NCBI GenBank assembly: GCA_964490765.1
Contig: CAZBDV010000001.1
Coordinates: forward strand, 145,437 to 209,436
Source of the DNA: an uncultured Candidatus Cloacimonadota bacterium
Lineage (GTDB): Bacteria > Cloacimonadota > Cloacimonadia > Cloacimonadales > JAJBBL01
Direction of reading: 5' to 3'
DNA: 64,000 bases
Shown: positions 1-9,292 of the stretch, one piece after another
Numbering within the stretch: position 1 is the first letter of the stretch
How the letters are laid out: each line of letters starts with the position of its first letter
Position numbers and translations under genes: made by a program
Notes under the pieces: generated by a model
The model's database searches: none
Told to the model about the DNA's origin: nothing
The model's input: the letters and a program-made list of their open reading frames with translations, nothing else

Positions 1-12
1 CCTTTATCTTTT

Positions 13-3000
13 TTAGTAATTAATGTGTTCTATCGGATAATGGCCAAGATATATGTTGCCACTATTACCGTCTATGGCAATCTTATCACCAGCCTTAAGT
101 TTCAAATCACCAAGCGTGCAATATGATTGAGCCTCATTGACGATTAAATCACGACAATTGACTATACCAATAATGCCGAGATGTGAAGCAGTAACTGCTG
201 CATGAGAGGTTACTCCCCCTCTGGAAGTGAGTAATCCCTGGCATTCAAATAAGAGATCCATATCGTCAGGAACTGTATCGGGACGGACCAATATCAAAGG
301 GGTAAGATTCTCTTGTTTCAGTTTTTCTATATCTTCATGAGAGAAAGCAATATGTCCATTGATTGCTCCCTTGTTGATACCGATACCGTTACCGATCATC
401 CTGTATTCCTTATCATTCAGATTGAATACGGTATATTCTTCTTTTTTGCGTATGATCTGATCACGGGTCTGTAAGAGAAACAATTGATCTTCCGTCGGTC
501 CTTCAAAAGTAAACTCGATCTCTTGATGGGGATAGCCATGTTCTTCGATTAGTTTATGCGCATAACGTAGCAGACGGTTGTAGATCTGTGGGAATAGTTT
601 TTCCAGAGATTCTGTAGATTGTTTTGACTGGGAACTCATAGTTTTTCTTTGTTCTTCAGATATGGGTAATGTATAGACAAGTCCGGCAACTACATCTTCA
701 CCCTGGCTGCAGATTGTGAAGTCCCCATTAAGGTTAATACCGGGATTTTTACTCCGTTCTGAGTAAGTGAACAGTACGCCTGAACCAGATTCTAGACTAA
801 TATTGCCGAAAACCATCTTCTGAATGATTATAGCAGTTCCCCAATCATCGGCAATATTCAATTTTTGTCTGTATAATTTAGCTCTGTCAGAATTCCAGGA
901 GTCCAGTACATTAACTATGGCTGATTTAAGTTGCTGAAATGGAGCCTCTTCGAACTTTACTTTGTACTGCTCCAGAATCTTTTTGTAATCAAATACCAAT
1001 TCTCTCATCTGAACGGGACTGAACTCGGTTTTTTGAGCTATGTTGAACCTTTTTTTGTATTTTAACATCAAATTATCAAAATCATCACGAGGTATTCCAT
1101 AGGACATCCCCCAGCTCTGAATAAGACGTCGATAACAATCCCAGGCAGTCCAGCCGAAATTCTTCTGCTTGCTTAGATTCTCTGTGATCTCATCATTCAT
1201 ACCGACATTCAAGAAAGTATTCATTGCTCCCGGTAAGGACATAGGAGCACCTGATCTTACTGATAATAACAGTGGTTTTTTATAGTCTCCATACTTAAGG
1301 CCAGTTAATCCCTCCAATCTCTTTACGTTCTGCTGAATCATTTCTTCATATTCTATGTGAATTTGAGGATGTGTTCGGATTACTGAGCGATGTCTATATA
1401 GTTCAGTAGTAACAACGATACCAGGAGGGGTTGGGAGATTATAATTGTGCATTCTTCTCAGGAAATAAGCTTTAGAACCAAGTAGTATCTGATTATCCCA
1501 TCTGAGATTTTTTTCTGTGAGAGAGACGACAAGCATATCAGGATCATAAGACATTACTTTATCGATCTGTTCGCGGGTGAACATATCAACCATTGACTTG
1601 AGCGATGTCAGTATCTGGGAAACAAAACCATCCATCTCCTGGACCAGAAATGAAGAGGACAGTAGTTCTCTATAGAATTCTTCTGCCTTGCGTTCCTTGA
1701 AATGAGATACCTGTTTCTCAGTATTCGTATTCTTTGATGTGCTAGCTGCAGCTTTTACAGGAAGAGAATTATGGATATGTTTGTAGAGTGTATACTCATA
1801 AAACCTGTAGTAATATTCGTTAATAATCTCATTGATACTGTCTTTCAGCCGGTTGAATATGTCTATGTATTGACCAATGGAGAGATTGGTGATCCTGTAA
1901 CCGAATTTTAGCATATGGAGCGTGGAGTGTAATCCTTCATTATTGATGTTTTCAAGTTGTAATCCTCTGTAGAAGATGTCCAGAACTCTAATAATTCTTT
2001 TCAGGGTCTTAGCTGTAATATAAGATAGATTTATCTGTTTTATATATCTCTCTATCAGTCTTCCTATGACCGATTCCATTCTGAATATAAGACCAATAGC
2101 TTCGAATTTTGGCTCTCTGTACTGGCCGTAAACAGAAGGAATACCTGCAGCTATATGTCTTTTATGATATATATTTTCCCAGCCTGAGCTCGGCTTGGGA
2201 TCCAATATCACTTCGTTCAATTTACTAATATAATCAAACAGTAAAGAGATGCCACTCTCATAATCTTTTCGCAGTAGCGAACGGTAAAAGCGAACATAAT
2301 CTTTCTGGGCATAGAATTGAGATCGTTTTAAGATCTGGATAACATCGAAACTATCAAAATGATATTTCTCCAGCAGCAGATAATAGAGTTTGCACAGCAA
2401 GTATATTCTCCTCAGGTTGACGTTCTCTTCAATATTTTCCTGTTTGAATAACTTGACGAATTCCTGTTTGGGTAGCTGAAGCAAACTATCTATCTTTAGA
2501 TTCTTGCGTTTAAGAAAATCATTGAACTCTTCATGCGTATCGGTTTGTAGTTCATCTCGTTGTTTTACATACTCGAGAACATCCTTAGGAATCAAACTTT
2601 TCAGGTGCTTGGCATCAAGATCATACCAGTAATGAATGATCTTTTCGGTCAGCAAAACATGCGTGTTATTACTCTCTATGTGGACCTGTTTGCGCAGATA
2701 GTGCATCAATCGATCATTCCGGTTAGTCATTTCGTCAATATTTGTTGTCAGTTCCCTGATTTCACCCTCTGCCCCGATTTCATTGAAGAAAACCGGGAAG
2801 AGCCTTAATAGATGCTTTACTTGTATGTAACAAGATTCGATATTGGAATTAAGAAAATTGCTGACATCTTTTTGAAACAAATCGGTATCAAAAACAAAGA
2901 CACCTTTCTGAATCAAGTCAACGGTTAAAGCTGCTAAAAGATCTTTGAAACGAAGAGGATCGATACTGATTAGTGTGAACCAGGCTCGTATATTCTTCAG

Positions 3001-4152
3001 ATGGTTCTTATTAATGCTTATTTGCCAGTTATCATCTATCTTTACTTTGCCCGGGCCAATGAAACCGATGTTAACAATATGGTCGATACTTTCCTGAAAC
3101 AGGTTATCATTTTCTGTATTAGATATTGCTTTCCCTATTGTCAGGACACAATCAAGTACTATTGATGGATGAGTTGAACGGAAATCTTGAAGCTTTTTGA
3201 ATACAGCATTGATTATTGTTCTCGCCTCTTCTGAATCCATAGTACTGATCTCACTTAAGAATTTATTCAGATCCCATAAGAGGAATTCGTATATATCGGC
3301 CATACCATCCAGACTTAAGAGATAAAAGATATACTGAATTTTATCGGACAGGGTAAGAAACAGGTCAATTGCCTGTCTATAATGGCTGACAATATCCTGA
3401 TATGATAGAATCTTTGATAAATCATCCAGGCTTTTTGCTCTCTCTAATTTAGACCGTTGATTGTCATAAAAAGTCTTACCCAGAACTGGGTCTAGTTTTT
3501 CATATTGATTTTGAGCTATGTTATGAGAGATAAGCCATTCGATAGTGTTGCTGTTCTCCTCCCAGTATTCGAGACTGTTACGATAGAGAACTTTGACAAA
3601 ACCAAACATCAACTTTGATATCCTTTCATTAGTTTGCAAGGCTAAAGCTGTCTTACGGCATTTCGCACCACTATAAGCGAAGAGAAAATGCTCTCTCTTA
3701 CTCCAGTCCAGCAGATACTTGATAGCTTCATCAATTAATTCATCTCGTTTGTTCTGAGCAAGTGACTCAACAAAATCTAAGTAACTTGTTAACAGACGCT
3801 TTTTATGTGCAGTTTCCAGTTTTAGTTTGTTAATCGCAATAAACAATCTCAGGATCTCTTGTAACGCTCTTGTACTCTCTCCTAGCTGAAAATAAAACCA
3901 CAGATCATTAAGGATTGTTTGTTGAAACAGATCAATTACATATTGGACATTCAAATATGGATGATACAGTTCTTTGAAAAAGTTTTTCGTTCTTTGATGA
4001 ATCCCGTAATATTCTTCTGATTGTTTGAGGAGCCATTCATGATTATCGGGCAGATCATATACATCATGTTTTGTTAAAACCAAGTTAGCTTCCAGAGCTT
4101 TAGAATCTATTGATTTCACCGTAACCTCGCTCATAATGCCGTATTCGGACAA
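13..4152 (-). CDS. Giant PEP-utilising (pyruvate phosphate dikinase-like) protein. An ~850-aa uncharacterised N-terminal region is fused to a PPDK-type nucleotide-binding (ATP-grasp) domain and a phosphohistidine swivel domain. There is no PEP/pyruvate TIM-barrel domain.
   Basis: 1379-aa ORF. The C-terminal third carries PPDK N-terminal signatures (LLLSVRSGAPMSLPGAMNTFLNVGMND, QGEDVVAG, LLQTRD) and the swivel-His motif LTSRGGVTSHAAVTA. The protein ends about 60 aa after that motif. Confidence 0.75.
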   Translation of the reverse strand: MSEYGIMSEVTVKSIDSKALEANLVLTKHDVYDLPDNHEWLLKQSEEYYGIHQRTKNFFKELYHPYLNVQYVIDLFQQTILNDLWFYFQLGESTRALQEILRLFIAINKLKLETAHKKRLLTSYLDFVESLAQNKRDELIDEAIKYLLDWSKREHFLFAYSGAKCRKTALALQTNERISKLMFGFVKVLYRNSLEYWEENSNTIEWLISHNIAQNQYEKLDPVLGKTFYDNQRSKLERAKSLDDLSKILSYQDIVSHYRQAIDLFLTLSDKIQYIFYLLSLDGMADIYEFLLWDLNKFLSEISTMDSEEARTIINAVFKKLQDFRSTHPSIVLDCVLTIGKAISNTENDNLFQESIDHIVNIGFIGPGKVKIDDNWQISINKNHLKNIRAWFTLISIDPLRFKDLLAALTVDLIQKGVFVFDTDLFQKDVSNFLNSNIESCYIQVKHLLRLFPVFFNEIGAEGEIRELTTNIDEMTNRNDRLMHYLRKQVHIESNNTHVLLTEKIIHYWYDLDAKHLKSLIPKDVLEYVKQRDELQTDTHEEFNDFLKRKNLKIDSLLQLPKQEFVKLFKQENIEENVNLRRIYLLCKLYYLLLEKYHFDSFDVIQILKRSQFYAQKDYVRFYRSLLRKDYESGISLLFDYISKLNEVILDPKPSSGWENIYHKRHIAAGIPSVYGQYREPKFEAIGLIFRMESVIGRLIERYIKQINLSYITAKTLKRIIRVLDIFYRGLQLENINNEGLHSTLHMLKFGYRITNLSIGQYIDIFNRLKDSINEIINEYYYRFYEYTLYKHIHNSLPVKAAASTSKNTNTEKQVSHFKERKAEEFYRELLSSSFLVQEMDGFVSQILTSLKSMVDMFTREQIDKVMSYDPDMLVVSLTEKNLRWDNQILLGSKAYFLRRMHNYNLPTPPGIVVTTELYRHRSVIRTHPQIHIEYEEMIQQNVKRLEGLTGLKYGDYKKPLLLSVRSGAPMSLPGAMNTFLNVGMNDEITENLSKQKNFGWTAWDCYRRLIQSWGMSYGIPRDDFDNLMLKYKKRFNIAQKTEFSPVQMRELVFDYKKILEQYKVKFEEAPFQQLKSAIVNVLDSWNSDRAKLYRQKLNIADDWGTAIIIQKMVFGNISLESGSGVLFTYSERSKNPGINLNGDFTICSQGEDVVAGLVYTLPISEEQRKTMSSQSKQSTESLEKLFPQIYNRLLRYAHKLIEEHGYPHQEIEFTFEGPTEDQLFLLQTRDQIIRKKEEYTVFNLNDKEYRMIGNGIGINKGAINGHIAFSHEDIEKLKQENLTPLILVRPDTVPDDMDLLFECQGLLTSRGGVTSHAAVTASHLGIIGIVNCRDLIVNEAQSYCTLGDLKLKAGDKIAIDGNSGNIYLGHYPIEHINY

Positions 4153-4263
4153 AATTAACTAAATGCAGTTTAATTTCTGGTCGCTTTCTGTCAAGCCGTA
4201 TAACTGAGAGTAAAAAGCTTGAGGTGAAGTCCTCTAAGAGTTGTGTAAAAATAAAATGATCAG

Positions 4264-4308
4264 TACAAATAAAAAGCCCGCCGGACAATTGAGTTTTGCA
4301 CGGCGGGC
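4264..4308 (-). terminator. Rho-independent terminator downstream of the peroxiredoxin gene
   Basis: 8-bp GC stem GCCCGCCG (4276-4283) / CGGCGGGC (4301-4308). On the minus strand it is followed by TTTTTATTTGT. Confidence 0.7.
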
Positions 4309-4342
4309 ATTATTCTAGGATTAGATATATATTAATCGAATG

Positions 4343-5008
4343 CTATATTTTCTTGTGGCAGAACCACCAGTCATAGCATTTGAACTCACCAGCTTCTGCT
4401 TTTTGCTTTCTTTCTTTAACAGCCTGAATGCTGTTAGCTGGAGGTACAATAACTCTATCTTCCAGGAATCCGTTTTTCGGCCAGTCAGCTGGCAAGGCAA
4501 CACGATTCTTATCAGCAAATTGCATCCCCTTGACTGCTCGGAGAATCTCTTCCATATTACGACCCAATTCTTGTGGGTAATAGAATATTATTCTGATAAG
4601 ACCTTTGTTATCTACGATGAATACCGCTCGGACTGTATTAGTTCCTTTACCTGGATGAATCAATCCTAATTTTTCTGCAACAGCTCCTGTATCGGCAATA
4701 ATTGGAAATTCAATCTCAACATCGAGATTATCTTTGATCCATTCTTCCCATTTGATGTGAGCATAAACCTGATCAATACTCAGACCAACTAATTCACAAT
4801 TCAATTCTCTGAATTTGGGATAGAGTTTTTGAAAAGAAACAAATTCTGTAGTACAGACGGGAGTAAAATCTCCCGGGTGGCTGAAAAGTACAAACCACTT
4901 ACCTGAAAAATCATCCGGTATGGTCATTGGTCCACGTGTTGTCACTACTTTCATCGAAGGCATTGGATCACCTAATAAAGGCATTCCTTGTCTTTCTTCT
5001 TTTTCCAT
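4343..5008 (-). CDS. Peroxiredoxin, Prx6-like subfamily, with an archaeal-type C-terminal Cys pair
   Basis: Peroxidatic motif [15 protein letters not shown]-terminal KCYDWWFC motif. 221 aa. Confidence 0.85.
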   Translation of the reverse strand: MEKEERQGMPLLGDPMPSMKVVTTRGPMTIPDDFSGKWFVLFSHPGDFTPVCTTEFVSFQKLYPKFRELNCELVGLSIDQVYAHIKWEEWIKDNLDVEIEFPIIADTGAVAEKLGLIHPGKGTNTVRAVFIVDNKGLIRIIFYYPQELGRNMEEILRAVKGMQFADKNRVALPADWPKNGFLEDRVIVPPANSIQAVKERKQKAEAGEFKCYDWWFCHKKI

Positions 5009-5140
5009 TGTTCACTCCTTATCTTAGTTATCAATACTGAAAATATAAGCTATAAAATGATTACAGCAAAGATTATTTGTCTTTAAGTGTCTAAATACTG
5101 TTTTCTCGAAATATTTACCAGGGATAGTCAGCTTCTCACT

Positions 5141-5178
5141 GCATAAGAAAAGGAGGCTCATTGTTTATCGAGCCTCCT
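5141..5178 (-). terminator. Rho-independent terminator downstream of the GLUG/T9SS gene
   Basis: 9-bp stem AGGAGGCTC (5151-5159) / GAGCCTCCT (5170-5178). On the minus strand it is followed by TTTCTTAT. Confidence 0.6.
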
Positions 5179-5212
5179 GCTTTTATCTTTTGTGTTGTCT
5201 GTTATTGAATTC

Positions 5213-7120
5213 TTACTTAACTATCATCATCTTGCTTGTATGTTGATAGTTGTCGGTCTGCATACGGAGGAAATAGATGCCTGAAGACAAAGGTCTCCCC
5301 TGGCTGTCTCTGCCATCCCATGTAATCTGGAATTCACCTTCGGGCTGAACACCATCGACGAATTTCTTAACCAACTGACCACGTATATTATACACTGCCA
5401 ATTCCATTCGTCCGGTTTCTCTCATACTAAACTGAATAGTAGCAGCAGGGTTGAAAGGATTCATTGGATTTGGATAAGGATTACTCAATGACGTAACATA
5501 TACAGGATTAGGTATCTCAGGTTCCTGTTCTATTATGACAGTGACGGGACCATGGAATTGATAGGTTAAATCAAGATCCACAGACTGTAACCAGTAGTAA
5601 TATGTCTGATCAATAGCGAGATTATCATCAACAAAGCTATAACTATGTGTACTTGAAGTATTCGTTGCCGGAATTATTGAATTGGTGATTCTTGTAGCTT
5701 CATTAGTAGAATTTGTAGTCCCTCGATAGATATGATAACCAATCATATTGGTCTCTGTTTGAGAAACCCATAACAAGCTGACAGAATCTACATTCAGGAT
5801 TGTGGCAGTAAAAGATGCCAGTTCAACAGGTAATCCCGGGCAATACTCATATTCAAAGTTTACATTACGGAGTGTTGGATATCCTCTGTTTGTTCCCGGT
5901 CCATTTGATTCCCAGATCTCATCAAAATCCCATTCTACATAGGTATTGTCAGCATAAGGATAATGAGACATCTCTTCAGTAGTTCTGGCATAGCCAGTTA
6001 CTTCAGGATTATAGGGCCAGTACCACGGGAATTGACCGGGAGATATATCTGCATCCCAGTAGCTGTTGATCACCTGACCATAGCTATTACCACCAGGAGG
6101 ACCTCCAGGTCCACCGTATCCAACCAATCCACCGGGATGTTCTGCATCACCTGTACCAACTACAATTCCATTACTATAGCAGTTCTCAATTATTCCATTG
6201 TTAAGATTCAAGCCTACTAGGGCACCTACATAATCTCCATAAATTGGGGTATCACATACCTTGAAACTGTTAAGTACATGACCATAATTTACTCCAATAA
6301 GACCACCGACTTGATCATTCCCATCGACTAATCCAGTACTGTAGGATTCTTCAATCAAGCTACCGTAAGCATTCATTCCGATCAAACCACCTACTTTGTC
6401 GTTATCGACAACATCACCAGCATTATAGGAACGATATATCCAGCTATATCCAGTTGTTCCTGGCCAGGGTGCTGTACTGCCTACCAATCCTCCAACACGA
6501 TCATTACCATAAATATTCACTTCATTATAGCTGTTTTTTATCGCCGAGATAAATTGATCATTGACTTTGTGAGTTCCCTGGAGTAGACCAACTAGACCAC
6601 CTACACTAGAATCCTGAGCAATAATCCAGAAATTCGAACGTTCTGATTCGATATCACCAGAAACACTATAGCAGTTTTCTATTATGGTATTGATAGCGTG
6701 TCCAACCAGACCACCAACTTCGCTCGCCGGGGTATTAATATAAATATCAACCAATCCGACATCTGTGATATGAGCGTTACTCGTAACACCAAATAATCCC
6801 TGTGGTCCTAGTACTTCATTGTGAATGAACATTCCGGTAATTTCATTCCCATCGCCATTATATGAACCTGTGAAGGGATTAGCACTGGTTCCGATTGGTA
6901 CCCAATTGCTTACTTCACTAATATCGATATTGGCTATTTGAACAAAATGATCGTCAGGATAGTCTCTGACATTTTCGAGATGTTGTCTGGTTTCGACCTG
7001 ATAGGGATCAGATAACGTTCCAGCTCCTCCCCTGAATTGAGCATGTAGGCTGAAGACCAGAAACATTGCCAAAAGGGTATGGATAGAAATCAAGATTAAC
7101 TTACTTTTACCACAATGCAT
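5213..7120 (-). CDS. Secreted GLUG-motif repeat protein with an Fn3-like module and a T9SS C-terminal sorting domain (paralogue 1)
   Basis: N-terminal signal peptide. Many VGGLVG/VGGLIG repeats. C-terminal YPNPMNPFNP...GIYFLRMQ...KMMIVK tail typical of Por_Secre_tail/T9SS type A CTD. Same length (635 aa) as ORF 45144..47051 and collinear with it. Confidence 0.8.
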   Translation of the reverse strand: MHCGKSKLILISIHTLLAMFLVFSLHAQFRGGAGTLSDPYQVETRQHLENVRDYPDDHFVQIANIDISEVSNWVPIGTSANPFTGSYNGDGNEITGMFIHNEVLGPQGLFGVTSNAHITDVGLVDIYINTPASEVGGLVGHAINTIIENCYSVSGDIESERSNFWIIAQDSSVGGLVGLLQGTHKVNDQFISAIKNSYNEVNIYGNDRVGGLVGSTAPWPGTTGYSWIYRSYNAGDVVDNDKVGGLIGMNAYGSLIEESYSTGLVDGNDQVGGLIGVNYGHVLNSFKVCDTPIYGDYVGALVGLNLNNGIIENCYSNGIVVGTGDAEHPGGLVGYGGPGGPPGGNSYGQVINSYWDADISPGQFPWYWPYNPEVTGYARTTEEMSHYPYADNTYVEWDFDEIWESNGPGTNRGYPTLRNVNFEYEYCPGLPVELASFTATILNVDSVSLLWVSQTETNMIGYHIYRGTTNSTNEATRITNSIIPATNTSSTHSYSFVDDNLAIDQTYYYWLQSVDLDLTYQFHGPVTVIIEQEPEIPNPVYVTSLSNPYPNPMNPFNPAATIQFSMRETGRMELAVYNIRGQLVKKFVDGVQPEGEFQITWDGRDSQGRPLSSGIYFLRMQTDNYQHTSKMMIVK

Positions 7121-7129
7121 ATATACCTC

Positions 7130-7210
7130 CTAAAATTTAAAAAAGCTTGTTACTAAGAGAGCTCCAGCTCTCACGGTTAACGTAAATGAAAAAAAATCTC
7201 TAGAAACCAT
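7130..7210 (-). promoter_or_regulatory. Candidate upstream ORF (26 codons) in the leader of the GLUG gene. Its stop codon overlaps the main gene's SD.
   Basis: Minus strand reads GGAGGAGAA-ATG GTT TCT AGA GAT TTT TTT TCA ... AAA TTT TAG-GAGGTATAT-ATG. The TAG is part of TAGGAGG, 9 nt before the main ATG at 7120. Contains a T8 run and a GAGAGCT/AGCTCTC hairpin. Confidence 0.35.
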
Positions 7211-7288
7211 TTCTCCTCCAGTTTCTAAACTCATTAAAAATCACTTCTATCTCTTGCTCGCAAATACAAGTATCTCTCTTCTCGTAGC

Positions 7289-7317
7289 AATTAGAAACAG
7301 CCTTGTATTATTGTCAA
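7289..7317 (-). promoter_or_regulatory. Sigma70-like promoter for the GLUG gene (TTGACA-N17-CTAATT)
   Basis: Minus strand reads TTGACA ATAATACAAGGCTGTTT CTAATT. The promoter-like site upstream of paralogue 45144..47051 has the same -35, spacer length and -10 hexamer. Confidence 0.4.
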
Positions 7318-7792
7318 GCTTTTTCGATAAATTACGAAACTTTTTTTCAAACATAGAAGTCGTCTACTGAAATAACGGGCATTTGAAGACATCTATAATA
7401 CAGTAATATATTTCTGAGTAAACAAAAAATATGCTTGAGTTACCATGTACATTTAATCGTTCATTATATTATTTTGCAATATGAGAAAGTATTTAAAGTA
7501 TGAGCATAAATTATTGTACAGAGATGAGCTTATGTTATCACGAATCTCGTTAGGTGTCTCACTGCTTTGGCTAAGATTTTAGGAAATTTTTGACTGATAA
7601 TCAGAGCTTCAGTCAACCAGGAGACAGCCATCGTAACTTGTTGGTTATTCTGCTGTTACAAAACTCTCGAATCTGATGACTGTCTGGAATTAGCTCTATT
7701 AAGGAAAAAAAAGTAACAGAGATCGATTTTTTGATTGACAAAGTTATCACTATCTTGAAGTTAGAAATGTACTCAAAAAATGAGGAGGTATT

Positions 7793-8065
7793 ATGAAACG
7801 AGAAGAATTGTTAGCTAAGATGGCAGCAGATGCTGGTATCACCAAGAAAGCTGCAGGGGCAGCATTAAATTCCTTCATGGAAGGAGTAATGACTTCATTG
7901 AAGAAAGGTCAGAAAGTAGCCTTTGTCGGTTTTGGAACATTTGATGTCAGCAAGCGCAAAGCTCGTAATGGGATCAATCCTCAAACACGCAAAAAGATTA
8001 AGATTCCGGCAAGAAAGGTCCCCGTTTTCAGAGCAGGAAAAAAACTGAAGGACATAGTTAAGTAG
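7793..8065 (+). CDS. hup: HU family DNA-binding protein
   Basis: 90 aa. GFGTFDVSKRKARNGINPQTRKKIKIPARKVPVFRAGKKLK is the classic HU arm. SD GAGGAGG lies upstream. Confidence 0.9.
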   Translation: MKREELLAKMAADAGITKKAAGAALNSFMEGVMTSLKKGQKVAFVGFGTFDVSKRKARNGINPQTRKKIKIPARKVPVFRAGKKLKDIVK

Positions 8066-8081
8066 TTTCTATCACGGAGAA

Positions 8082-8118
8082 GAAAAGCAAGGGTGTCTAA
8101 CTCTTGCTTTTCTTTTAT
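8082..8118 (+). terminator. Rho-independent terminator after hup
   Basis: Stem GAAAAGCAAG / CTTGCTTTTC followed by a T-rich tail. Confidence 0.6.
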
Positions 8119-8157
8119 CTTAATTAACGACAAAATTATAAAAAGAGGATAAATATC

Positions 8158-9291
8158 ATGCGTTTTACGATAGAAAGAACTCAATTGCTTTCCAATATCC
8201 AGCATTTACAGGGTATTGTACCTACCAAGAATATTACTCCGATATTGACGAATTTTTTGATTGAAGCTGACGCAGAGAAGAATCAACTTCGTATTACAAC
8301 TACAGATTTGGAGATTACGGTTGTAGTAAAGATAGCAGCCCAGGTAGCGGAAAGTGGTAAAGTTGCAGTGATGGCCAGGAATTTAACTGATATAGTAAAC
8401 TCCCTGGAAGATAAACCGATTAACTTTTATCAGGAGAACGAATATTTAAAAATACGCTGCAGTCATTCCAGTTTTTCTTTACTTTGTGCTGATTACATGC
8501 AGTTCCCTCAAGTGCCTGAGATCGATCTGGAAAAGGCGTTTACCGTTTCAGCACCCTTGCTGGCCAAGATGGTCAATATTAGCAGTATAGCTGTATTGCA
8601 GGAGGTAACACGTCCGATTTTTACCGGTATTTATTGGCGAATCACTCCCGACTCTCAGACTATGGTTGCCACAGATGGTAAAAAGATAGTTGAGGTGAAG
8701 AAGGAGCACAGTATCGTTCTAGCCGAGAACTTGGAACATGTCATACCGACTAAAGGACTATTTTTCCTTGAAAAGGTTATAGACGAGAAGAATCCTGATT
8801 TGAAGGTACTCTTTGAAGCTAATCGCATTATCTTCGGATACGGCAATTATATTCTAATCTCTCAGATCATACCTGGAAGATTTCCCGACTATGAGAAGGT
8901 ACTAAAAGTAGATAACAAAAATGTACTGACAATGGACAAGGCAACACTAAGACAGGCGGTAAAAAGAGTTTCACTCCTTGCTTCGGAAGAGTTTTTCCGT
9001 ATAAAATTCGATATTTCTGCTGAGAAAATAACCCTTTATTCAGTAAATTCTGAGATGGGTGATGCAACAGAAGTAATCGAAGATCATCAATATTCCGGTC
9101 CTGCTTTTTCCATAGCTTTCAATTATAAATATATATTGTCAGTACTGAATGTTCTAGAATCGGAGAAGGTAAGGATTACTTTCGGAGAACCGGAAGGTGG
9201 CTTTATCAACAATCAGGTGATTCTATACAATGAGCCAGAGCCCAAAGACTATCATCCGGTATTTCTCTTGATGCCGTTGAGATTAAAATAA
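8158..9291 (+). CDS. dnaN: DNA polymerase III beta sliding clamp
   Basis: 377 aa. The N-terminus MRFTIERTQLLSNIQHLQGIVPTKNITPILTNFLIEA is typical of DnaN. Followed by recF. Confidence 0.9.
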   Translation: MRFTIERTQLLSNIQHLQGIVPTKNITPILTNFLIEADAEKNQLRITTTDLEITVVVKIAAQVAESGKVAVMARNLTDIVNSLEDKPINFYQENEYLKIRCSHSSFSLLCADYMQFPQVPEIDLEKAFTVSAPLLAKMVNISSIAVLQEVTRPIFTGIYWRITPDSQTMVATDGKKIVEVKKEHSIVLAENLEHVIPTKGLFFLEKVIDEKNPDLKVLFEANRIIFGYGNYILISQIIPGRFPDYEKVLKVDNKNVLTMDKATLRQAVKRVSLLASEEFFRIKFDISAEKITLYSVNSEMGDATEVIEDHQYSGPAFSIAFNYKYILSVLNVLESEKVRITFGEPEGGFINNQVILYNEPEPKDYHPVFLLMPLRLK

Positions 9292-9292
9292 G

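Noticed and set aside
2560-2808. This ORF and many other 60-160-aa ORFs antisense to or nested in long CDSs (for example 5963..6220, 13990..14418, 17050..17472, 25811..26200, 27542..28021, 39695..40195, 56652..57268, 58001..58427)
   Set aside because: All lie within confidently assigned genes on the opposite strand or in another frame. They lack SD sequences and recognisable motifs.
4321-4669. ORFs 4321..4518 (-) and 4340..4669 (+) overlapping the peroxiredoxin gene
   Set aside because: These are alternative-frame or antisense ORFs within a confidently identified CDS. I recognised no motifs in them.
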